A DNA stretch of 64,000 nt. It comes from a virus (Duplodnaviria > Caudoviricetes). The notes beneath the pieces were generated by a model. That model did no database searches, had not been told where the DNA came from, and saw only the letters and a list, made by a program, of their open reading frames with translations. Position 1 is the first letter of the stretch; every line of letters starts with the position of its first letter. Shown in pieces: positions 56,387 through 64,000 of this stretch. Where the stretch lies: the IMG/VR virus record IMGVR_UViG_3300027983_002389, one strand, 5' to 3'. A program made the translations under genes and the position numbers.

Positions 56387-57559
56387 ATGAACTGGTTGAG
56401 TACAATTCTGGCCTTGGGCGGTATTTTTTTCGGGGTTTGGGCCGTCTTCAAATACCTGATCTTGGTCGAGATCAGGTTGGACGCCAACACCTACAAGACT
56501 CTCTACGAGGTCTGCAAAGACGAAAAGAAGTTCCTCCTCCGTGAAGAGTTCGTCAGCGAGTCCAAGCCGCCAATCTTATTCGTAGCGATATGCGTATTCA
56601 AAGGCGTCCCGTTGTTCTACATCAAACACGAGGAGCGACTGCTGACGGCAGGCTGGTCGGGCAAGGATACCGTGACCACCGTGGTCTGCTTCCGGTGGTC
56701 GGCGGGCCGTCTGAAGGGGTACTTGCGGACCAAGCTGAAGGAACTCCAACTCGACAAGTTGGGCATCCCGGTCGAACTCATCACCCCCAACTTCACCGAC
56801 CGAATCGGCGTGTTGAAACGGATCACTCCACAACCCTACCTCGCTTCAGACGTGTGGCAAGACATCGACGTGGAAGTGGCGCAAGTGTTCGAGGGAAAGC
56901 GGGACAAGATGAGCGCCCTGCTTTATGGGCCTCCCGGCAACGGCAAGACTTCGTTTATCAAATATCTGGCGACTAAATATCGTAAGCCGATCAAGGTCAT
57001 TACCTTCGACCCGCAGTTCACAAACCACGACCTGATGTCGATTTTCTCTCAGATCACGCCGAACTGTATCGTTTTGTTCGAGGATTTCGACAACTACTTC
57101 AATGGACGGGAGTGCATCCTGGGTACGGGCAACACGGGGATTCGATTCACCTTCGACATCATCCTCAACGGCCTCGACGGAGTTTATACGACCTACGAAA
57201 ACGTCGTCTTCATCATGACAGTCAACGACATCGAGAAGGTCGATCCGGCCTTGAAAAATCGCCCCAGCCGGTTCAAGTACGTTCGCAAGTTCGACAACCC
57301 CGACGAAGGACTTCGAGGCCAGATTCTCGGCGATTGGGCCGAGGCCACCAACGGGTTGAACTTGGATCAACTATTGCGACTGCGTGAATTCAAGGAGAAT
57401 GACTTTGATCTCCCCGCCGCACTGAAGAAGCTGGAGAAGTCGATCAAGCACGAGGACATCGAAAAGGTGGCGTATCGCCGGTACGAGGAGCGGCTGCTTA
57501 CCGAGACTGAAGGCAGTCACGAGGACGACTGGAACTACGCCAAGAACCGACTTAAATAA
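56387..57559 (+). CDS. membrane-anchored AAA+ ATPase (BCS1-like)
   Basis: N-terminal TM, GPPGNGKT, FEDFD, LNGLDG, RPSRF. Confidence 0.85.
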   Translation: MNWLSTILALGGIFFGVWAVFKYLILVEIRLDANTYKTLYEVCKDEKKFLLREEFVSESKPPILFVAICVFKGVPLFYIKHEERLLTAGWSGKDTVTTVVCFRWSAGRLKGYLRTKLKELQLDKLGIPVELITPNFTDRIGVLKRITPQPYLASDVWQDIDVEVAQVFEGKRDKMSALLYGPPGNGKTSFIKYLATKYRKPIKVITFDPQFTNHDLMSIFSQITPNCIVLFEDFDNYFNGRECILGTGNTGIRFTFDIILNGLDGVYTTYENVVFIMTVNDIEKVDPALKNRPSRFKYVRKFDNPDEGLRGQILGDWAEATNGLNLDQLLRLREFKENDFDLPAALKKLEKSIKHEDIEKVAYRRYEERLLTETEGSHEDDWNYAKNRLK

Positions 57560-57568
57560 GGACGAACT

Positions 57569-58495
57569 ATGAGCAACGTAATCAAAGAGCTATACGACAA
57601 GGGGCTGACCAACCTGGGAGGACACCGTTGGATGCCGGATAATCTCCATTATGTGACCATGATGGGATCAGTCGCCTATGGAGTATCGAGCGACACGTCA
57701 GATGTAGACGTTTACTCGTTTTGTATTCCTAACAAGGAAGACTTATTTCCACATCTTCGTGGTGAGGTCGTAGGTTTTGGCGATGCAAAACATGCCAACA
57801 ACCGATTTACCAATTATCAAGAACACCACATTAAAGACGTTGGTGCCGAGAAAGAATACGATCTCAACATCTACAACATTGTTGACTTCTTTCAATTGGT
57901 AATGGAAAACAATCCCAATATGATTGACTCTCTGTTTACTCCTCAGTGGTGTGTATTGCACAGCACTAGAGTTGGTCAGATGGTCCGTGAAAAGAGGAAG
58001 ATTTTTCTTCATCTAGGAAGCTGGCACACTTTTAAGGGATACGCATATAATCAACTGAAGAAGTGTGGCTCTAAGAATAGAACCGGGAAACGTAAGCAAG
58101 TGGTAGACGAGATGGGCTTCGACCCTAAGTTTGCTTACCATATTGTGAGAAACCTGGGAGAAATCGAACAGATTCTCACTGAGGGCGATCTGGACCTTCA
58201 GCGAAACAGAGAGCAATTGAAAGCTATTCGCCGTGGGGATTGGTCGCTTGAACAAATCGAAGAATATTTTGAGAGGAAAGAAATTGAGTTAGAAACTCTG
58301 TATAATGAAAATAAAGCCGGTCTACCTTGGGGGCCTAAACATGATGGTCTGCAAGAGAAGGTTAAGCAACTTCTCTTTCAGTGCCTCGAAGAACACTACG
58401 GGTCGCTTGACAAATGTATTGTCAATCCAGACGCCGCAGTGATGGCTCTCCGGGAGGTTGGCGATGTTCTCGCAAAGTACAGAAGCCTTCTATGA
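57569..58495 (+). CDS. Pol-beta-superfamily nucleotidyltransferase (RlaP/YcgL-like)
   Basis: GSVAYG.....SDVD, NPNMID.LF, F.GYA..QL, K..YH. Confidence 0.85.
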   Translation: MSNVIKELYDKGLTNLGGHRWMPDNLHYVTMMGSVAYGVSSDTSDVDVYSFCIPNKEDLFPHLRGEVVGFGDAKHANNRFTNYQEHHIKDVGAEKEYDLNIYNIVDFFQLVMENNPNMIDSLFTPQWCVLHSTRVGQMVREKRKIFLHLGSWHTFKGYAYNQLKKCGSKNRTGKRKQVVDEMGFDPKFAYHIVRNLGEIEQILTEGDLDLQRNREQLKAIRRGDWSLEQIEEYFERKEIELETLYNENKAGLPWGPKHDGLQEKVKQLLFQCLEEHYGSLDKCIVNPDAAVMALREVGDVLAKYRSLL

Positions 58496-59109
58496 AATTT
58501 TCTCCTACCGAAGTTGAAGATTGCACGGTCGTCATGATAGATCGTTATCATGACGACCGTGGGTTTTTTCAAGAACTCTACGAACAAGACAAATACACGC
58601 ACGGAATTAGTTTATTGAATTGGCAACAGACCAATTGGTCTGTCAGCAACAAGAATGTACTTCGTGGCATTCATGTTGCTCAATATGCTAAGTTAGTCAC
58701 ATGCGTCTCAGGCAAAATATGGGACTTGGTTGTTGATCTCCGATCAGGGTCGCCGACATTTTTGAAATATGTTGGTGTAGAATTGACCCCTGATGAACCC
58801 AAGCAGGTATATGTACCGCCAGGGTGTGGTCACGGATTTGTTGCTCTCGAAGACAACACTTCGGTTGTTTACATGCAAACTGGTCGATTTGCTAAAGAAG
58901 GCGAATTGACCGTCATGTACAATGAGCCTAATCTCAAAATACAGTGGCCGGGTGAAGGTCACATTATTTCAAACAGAGATAAAGAAGCGCAGCCACTATG
59001 GTCGTTTCAGTTGTGCGTAGATGCTGAAATGAATTATGCTCAGAACGATCATTTGCAAGCCTGCCTCCGGAAGAACAACAAGATTGGTACGAAAAATATC
59101 CTAGACTAG
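58492..59109 (+). CDS. rmlC: dTDP-4-dehydrorhamnose 3,5-epimerase
   Basis: D.RGFF.E, Q.N.S.S..NVLRG.H, D..VDLR..SPTF, VP.G..HGF. Confidence 0.9.
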   Translation: MKFSPTEVEDCTVVMIDRYHDDRGFFQELYEQDKYTHGISLLNWQQTNWSVSNKNVLRGIHVAQYAKLVTCVSGKIWDLVVDLRSGSPTFLKYVGVELTPDEPKQVYVPPGCGHGFVALEDNTSVVYMQTGRFAKEGELTVMYNEPNLKIQWPGEGHIISNRDKEAQPLWSFQLCVDAEMNYAQNDHLQACLRKNNKIGTKNILD

Positions 59110-60012
59110 AATAAAGTCAACAAATTGTATTTCTAACACATCTCTTGGAAACGCTGTACCAGCAGCAAGAGCTTTATTTTCGCTTACCTTCCATTGTTCC
59201 TTAATGCGTCTTAGAACAGCAGGCTCGTGAGTGAAGAAAAGTTCCACAGGATGTTTGACTATTTCTTCTTCTGATATTGTCAGTCCTGCTTCCTCGATTA
59301 GTTTTCTATATTCCTTCATGGGATCGAGAATTTTATTGGCATTGGTTTCTTTTAGTCCCATGCCGAACAGTTCATCTGTGCTAAACACCAGATGGAGGTA
59401 GGCTCTGTTCAATTGCTTGTAAAGGTGTGTTCCGTGGCGACTTGTCCAGGGATGGCACCTTAGATAAATTCGACCATTTGGAGCTTTGACTTCATTTGCT
59501 TTGACGAGAATATTCCCGTCTGCATGGTCGATTGCATCATTTATAAGCACAACGTCATATGGGCCATTTTTTTTGATTTCTTCAAAGTCACTACTAAATT
59601 TTAGATTGACAGTATCTTCAAAGTGACTCCAATTCTGCTCTTTATTGGGGTCGTATCCCATAGCGAGTTTCACGCCGACTAAATTGGCGGCAACATAGGG
59701 AACATGCCCTTCTCCACATCCGAAGTCCAATAGTTTCTTGTCGATCAGATCGGTACGGATGAAATCATTCACAATACCAGCAGCACGAGACAATTTGTGA
59801 TCTTCATCATCGCCACAGATGAGGTCTTCAGGAACCGCCAGAGGCCATTTCTCTGACTTGGCGAGTAATCTGAGGGTTGTGATCTCGGTGAGCCTATCAC
59901 GCTCATTTAGGGGCATTGGGGGCGTCTTGAGTTCTTCTTCCAGGAGCGACCGCATGAAGCCTGTCATGTGTTCAAGCGCCCGAAGGTATTCTTTGATTGT
60001 TTTCTGGTCCAT
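59101..60012 (-). CDS. class I SAM-dependent methyltransferase
   Basis: LLDFGCGEG, YDVVLIND..DH. Confidence 0.8.
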   Translation of the reverse strand: MDQKTIKEYLRALEHMTGFMRSLLEEELKTPPMPLNERDRLTEITTLRLLAKSEKWPLAVPEDLICGDDEDHKLSRAAGIVNDFIRTDLIDKKLLDFGCGEGHVPYVAANLVGVKLAMGYDPNKEQNWSHFEDTVNLKFSSDFEEIKKNGPYDVVLINDAIDHADGNILVKANEVKAPNGRIYLRCHPWTSRHGTHLYKQLNRAYLHLVFSTDELFGMGLKETNANKILDPMKEYRKLIEEAGLTISEEEIVKHPVELFFTHEPAVLRRIKEQWKVSENKALAAGTAFPRDVLEIQFVDFILV

Positions 60013-60071
60013 GTTTTCTTTCTCTTTAAGACTCTATTAGTTGAGTGACCTTTGCAAAAATTGGAGCGTGA

Positions 60072-60605
60072 ATGAAAGATTTTGAGCGTACATTGTTAAT
60101 TGGGGTTGTATTTGATCTATCCACGTTGCATAACAACGGCACCCGTAACTTGGATATTGTAAAGGATATTATTTTGAAGAATATCTTGGATGTAAAACCG
60201 TCATCTAAAATATACGTTTTTCATCCTAAATGGCCAACTATTCCAAGAGATCAGGGAGAAAGTACATATTATGTAATCTCTTATCAAGAGCCTCCTGGCT
60301 TCTACATTGATTCTGCACTCAAAAGTGCCGTGACTTTAATTGGTGAGTGTGCTGAGGATTGCGATAAGTATATCTTTTTGATTACTGATCGTTTTCAATC
60401 TCCACGCAACTATCAATATCGCAAAGGTTTTTTGGTAAACAATATTCGAGGCTATAGTACCAAAATGTGCGTCTTTGGTGTCGGAGATGGTTACGACAAT
60501 ATGAATCTTAAATCATTGGCAGAAGAATACGAGGCACATTTTTCACACTCATCAGACGCCGCCTTGTTGTCTGAAAACTTCACAGAAATGCTGGCAGGAC
60601 ACTAA
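60072..60605 (+). CDS. degenerate vWA-like protein
   Basis: VVFDLS, FLITD, VFGVG. Confidence 0.5.
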   Translation: MKDFERTLLIGVVFDLSTLHNNGTRNLDIVKDIILKNILDVKPSSKIYVFHPKWPTIPRDQGESTYYVISYQEPPGFYIDSALKSAVTLIGECAEDCDKYIFLITDRFQSPRNYQYRKGFLVNNIRGYSTKMCVFGVGDGYDNMNLKSLAEEYEAHFSHSSDAALLSENFTEMLAGH

Positions 60606-61390
60606 TGGAAAACCCAAATATATTTGTAAATCGTAAAATAGAAAACGATCCATTTTATATGGCTCCAGTAGAAATCATTATTCCATTTCATGGCGAACAA
60701 GCTCGTGTTGCCAAATTGATGGAAAGTATATTTGCTACAGTGCATACCAATAGGTATTTGATTTCTTTGGTTGACGATGGTTCTTTGAACAAGACGTTCA
60801 TCAAAGACATTGACAAGAAGAAGATGCCCGGTGTGCGGTGTTTTCGCACGGATGAAAACAAAGGTTTTGGTGCCGCCGTTAATCTGGCTCTGAAGACACC
60901 CTGGAGCCAGAAGATTACATGGATCGCCATTATGCAATCCGATGTTTTTGCTGAAGAAAACAATTGGCTCTCCAATATGGGAGAAACAATGAATCTTCTC
61001 AAGGGGCAAGGCGTGAAGATGGTATCGCCTATGACCAATAATCCAATGGTTGAATCTTCTATTTTGACTGGTCAAAAGAGTGACCGCAGACCTGACGCTG
61101 TGTTAACAGAAGGTTTTTTGCCGATGTATTGTGTATTGGCTCACAGAGAATTGTTCAATAGGGTTGGACCATTGAAGGAATGCCCATATGCTGGAACAGA
61201 GGCCCAGGAGTTTGCCGTTCGGATGCGATTGTTGGGTTACAAACAGGCAGTCTGTGGCTCCAGTTGGGTAAATCACTCTGGCGGCGCTACTCTTGCCAAC
61301 TTCGCCGAGAATACTAAGGTTCAAGGAATATTGCGAAAGGTAAAAGAAGAGTTCGATCCTGGTCCTAAGAAAGAGGTCCAGGTTGGATAG
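60605..61390 (+). CDS. glycosyltransferase family 2
   Basis: IIIP, LVDDGS, N.GFGAAVN, QSD. Confidence 0.8.
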   Translation: MENPNIFVNRKIENDPFYMAPVEIIIPFHGEQARVAKLMESIFATVHTNRYLISLVDDGSLNKTFIKDIDKKKMPGVRCFRTDENKGFGAAVNLALKTPWSQKITWIAIMQSDVFAEENNWLSNMGETMNLLKGQGVKMVSPMTNNPMVESSILTGQKSDRRPDAVLTEGFLPMYCVLAHRELFNRVGPLKECPYAGTEAQEFAVRMRLLGYKQAVCGSSWVNHSGGATLANFAENTKVQGILRKVKEEFDPGPKKEVQVG

Positions 61391-61438
61391 ATAATGGTGA
61401 AGTGATTAACTCTTCAACCTATTATGGAGGATATTTTC

Positions 61439-61594
61439 ATGAGATGCAAAAAGCCAGATGGCACATACACGACAACCCGTTGGTTGTACTTCTACCCTCA
61501 GTGCGGTAGAATTCTACAGGCCCTTGGTGTCTGCTCTGCTAAGGCAGGCGCATATGTTCCAGCTATTACGGTTTGCACCCAGCGTTTGTACTAA
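61439..61594 (+). CDS. 51-aa Cys-containing small protein
   Basis: GGAGG SD, ATG to TAA, followed by a terminator. Confidence 0.55.
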   Translation: MRCKKPDGTYTTTRWLYFYPQCGRILQALGVCSAKAGAYVPAITVCTQRLY

Positions 61595-61623
61595 CGCTTG
61601 ATTGTTGACCAAGTTTATTACAG

Positions 61624-61657
61624 AAGTCGCCCGATTGAAAAGTCGGGCGACTTTTTT
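61624..61657. terminator. terminator between convergent genes
   Basis: AAGTCGCCCGAT-TGAAAA-GTCGGGCGACTTTTTT. Confidence 0.85.
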
Positions 61658-62093
61658 ATTTGCCTTGCCATTCTTTAGTGCGGTCAATCAATTCTTTTGC
61701 AATTGCTTGATAGCAAGGACGATCAATGGTTCCTGCTGAGGGGCTATCGAATTCCATCACGAAGATTTGGTGAATGACTTCAGTGATTTCTTTTAAGGAC
61801 GGTGTGCCACGAATAGCCAGTTCCCGCAGGATCATTCTGGCTTCAATGTCGTATTCATCTTTTGGTACAACACACGGCACCAAATCAATTGGATCGTGTT
61901 CGTATAGAAGCCGAGTGAGCCAGTCTAGTGAGCCACCAAACCGTCTCAGGTCATCTCGATGTTCGAGACCATGGAGATGGACCATCTCCATGCGTTGTTC
62001 TTGCGTGACACCATTGCCTTTGCTGGCTTGAAAAATAAATCGCAGTTCCGCCATGTATTTTTGGGCGGCATCATTCCATTCGGTGTGTTTCAT
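61656..62093 (-). CDS. hypothetical protein
   Basis: DPI.L....P.DEYD.EA motif. Confidence 0.6.
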   Translation of the reverse strand: MKHTEWNDAAQKYMAELRFIFQASKGNGVTQEQRMEMVHLHGLEHRDDLRRFGGSLDWLTRLLYEHDPIDLVPCVVPKDEYDIEARMILRELAIRGTPSLKEITEVIHQIFVMEFDSPSAGTIDRPCYQAIAKELIDRTKEWQGK

Positions 62094-62094
62094 A

Positions 62095-62736
62095 TTACCC
62101 TTGTTTTGTTATGTGAGTGGCGTAGCCGAATATGTTGTCGATGTAAGAGTGATACCCAGGAGGGGATAAGTACGCCATCTTGCCGCCGTGCTTTTCAACC
62201 AACTGAAGTATTCTTCCTGGCGAGCGAAATACAGCGCCCCATGTTTGGGCTTTGAGATCATCTTGCTGGTATAGGTCTATTGCCCAATGACCGTCTGGAT
62301 GAATAGGAATAAGCCTATCATCTAAATGAGAAAATTGGAGTGCATAAATCCCACCAGCCTTCAGGCTCTTGATGATTTTTGCAAGTTGACTTTCAAAGTC
62401 TTCGTGGCTCATATGGATACAAACATTGTTTGAAAACACATAGTCGAACTTATTCTCTGGCAGTTCATCTTCTGGCAGAAATTGGCCGAGCGTATATGGC
62501 TTGACATTTTCGAGAGCGATTGGCGAAATATCAAGGGCGTATACATTGCCGCCTTTTTGTTGGTAGAACTTGGCTGGGTTGCATGTTCCAACGCCGATGG
62601 CAAGTATGGTTTTAGCAACAAGAGAAGCTGGGTCAATTCTCAAAACGCCCAATTCAGTAGGCCCGTCACTATTCGTTAGACTAATGCAATCTTGACGGGT
62701 ATGAACGTCATTCCAGAAGTTTTTTATTTCGCTCAT
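62095..62736 (-). CDS. class I SAM-dependent methyltransferase
   Basis: LAIGVGT, ALDIS, FDYVFS..V..H, LK.GG. Confidence 0.8.
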   Translation of the reverse strand: MSEIKNFWNDVHTRQDCISLTNSDGPTELGVLRIDPASLVAKTILAIGVGTCNPAKFYQQKGGNVYALDISPIALENVKPYTLGQFLPEDELPENKFDYVFSNNVCIHMSHEDFESQLAKIIKSLKAGGIYALQFSHLDDRLIPIHPDGHWAIDLYQQDDLKAQTWGAVFRSPGRILQLVEKHGGKMAYLSPPGYHSYIDNIFGYATHITKQG

Positions 62737-62748
62737 TCTGTATTTACT

Positions 62749-63945
62749 TTATCCCCGCCGAATTTTGCTGCTGGACATATCGACCGGAGGTAAAACATTC
62801 GGTGGAATGATTTGGGACATATTCAGGAAGCGAGGGTCAATCCCGTCTAATCCCTCTTCGTGAGAAGCCTTCCCTTCCATTATACGGTGGAAGACAAAAA
62901 ACTTTGAGTTTTGACGAATAAGTGTTGCCAAAACTTCGTCAATTTTCCCATATTTCGGGTCACTGATCCGTTTGAATGTATCCCATCCAACCACGAAGGT
63001 TGCTCCAGGAAAGTATTCAGCCTTCTGCATAAAGGTTGCCAAAGACGTGAAGTGAACGTCTCCACACCAAGAATTAGCCTTCTGAACATCCAAATGAGCG
63101 ATTCGCTCTCGAAGGTTGGTGTAGTTGAAAGCTGGCTTGTCAACATTATGGACACAAACTTCCAGATCGACTGGCTTACCTGTAATCTCGAAGACTTTGG
63201 CGGCGATATTGGCGTGTGCCGGATGGAGCGGGTGGAACGATCCAGCGAAGATAACTCGATTTGCTGGTTGATCCATGCCTACCGCTATGCCAAGCGTGAG
63301 AGACTTGAGTTGTCCTGTCAGTAACTTGAACATTTCAGGTGTTCCGGGAGTCATGACTTCCGTGACGTAGGAATCCTCGAATATGCTCCATAGACATCTG
63401 ATCCCACGAGAAGAGGACACAGCTTTACCGCCAAAGGGGAGATCATCACGAAGGCCAGAAGCAAAAGCCAGAACTCCAATAAGAACACGAGCGACCAATG
63501 TTTCTTCTTCGACCCGGTTGTGTCCACGTCCTGTCAGGTCGATTTCGTATGTTCTTGTGAAATCGTGTGTCTGGACAGAAATATAAGCATGATGCTCTCG
63601 ACCGGCTCGTTCGTTGTCTTTGGCAAGAGAGCAAGATGCGCCAATTCCGACAAGGGTTTCAGCGTGTTCGAGTCCTGCATATCGAATGGCCTTCTGATAT
63701 GCAGCCATCGCCAGATCACGGGCTGCTCCGGGAGAACAGTATTTGTCGGGAGTTCCCTTTACGAAGTAATCAAACGACTTCTGGTCGTAAGGCACGATGG
63801 CTTCTAACACGGTGTCGGAACCTTGCCCATATCGGAGGAGTTCTCCGATCACTTCTGCGCCGCCCCCGGTAAGGGCAAGCACGGCTTTGTGGGGAGTCCC
63901 ATGAATCATCAGGACCAGATCCCGTTCATACAACGACATTTTCAT
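62749..63945 (-). CDS. CinA-like plus HIGH-type nucleotidyltransferase (NMN/NaMN adenylyltransferase-like) fusion
   Basis: TGGG...L...G.S.TVLE..VPY; FAGSFHPLHPAH; FVVGWDT..RI; SSS.IR. Confidence 0.75.
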   Translation of the reverse strand: MKMSLYERDLVLMIHGTPHKAVLALTGGGAEVIGELLRYGQGSDTVLEAIVPYDQKSFDYFVKGTPDKYCSPGAARDLAMAAYQKAIRYAGLEHAETLVGIGASCSLAKDNERAGREHHAYISVQTHDFTRTYEIDLTGRGHNRVEEETLVARVLIGVLAFASGLRDDLPFGGKAVSSSRGIRCLWSIFEDSYVTEVMTPGTPEMFKLLTGQLKSLTLGIAVGMDQPANRVIFAGSFHPLHPAHANIAAKVFEITGKPVDLEVCVHNVDKPAFNYTNLRERIAHLDVQKANSWCGDVHFTSLATFMQKAEYFPGATFVVGWDTFKRISDPKYGKIDEVLATLIRQNSKFFVFHRIMEGKASHEEGLDGIDPRFLNMSQIIPPNVLPPVDMSSSKIRRG

Positions 63946-64000
63946 TCTCCTGTAGAAACTTGGTTTTCTTGATTCTACCACGCTATTTGTTGGGTGTAAA

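Noticed and set aside
1-64000. Stop-codon reassignment (TAG or TGA recoded)
   Set aside because: Conserved genes are intact in code 11 and end at all three stops; no suppressor tRNA seen; the RF TAG is resolved by a frame change, not read-through.
1-64000. RNase P RNA, rRNA, RtcB, reverse transcriptase/DGR, transposase or integrase
   Set aside because: No signature motifs recognised in this window.

Overview
This window looks like an accessory, translation-centred region of a very large (jumbo/huge, T4-superfamily-like) phage genome. That is inferred from a gp32-like SSB, a major-capsid-derived peptide, homing endonucleases, dense small ORFs and repeated phage-type promoters; no core structural operon is present. 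It holds about 50 tRNA or pseudo-tRNA genes (almost none with encoded CCA; none found for Leu, Ser, Tyr or Phe) and at least 15 tRNA-shaped but non-canonical RNAs. Translation and RNA-handling genes include four aminoacyl-tRNA synthetases (TrpRS, GluRS, MetRS, ArgRS; three shortened), an RF1-type release factor, Pth2, ClpS, Ro60/TROVE, an HD hydrolase and a Pol-beta-type nucleotidyltransferase. There are also many methyl/glycosyltransferases. Strongest signals: (1) TrpRS appears to need a prfB-style +1 frameshift at CUU-UGG-C, i.e. at a Trp codon. (2) The PxT (UAG-reading) release factor appears to need a +1 frameshift at CUU-UAG-C. (3) A leader-peptide attenuator sits in front of the tRNA array. 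(4) Ro60 is followed by a tRNA-topology Y-RNA-like gene with a second copy elsewhere. (5) One tRNA-Ile has two anticodon arms (UAU and GAU). (6) A stand-alone Gol-like capsid peptide is encoded. Together these suggest a self-sensing translation-rescue system. All calls are by eye; no searches or folding programs were run.
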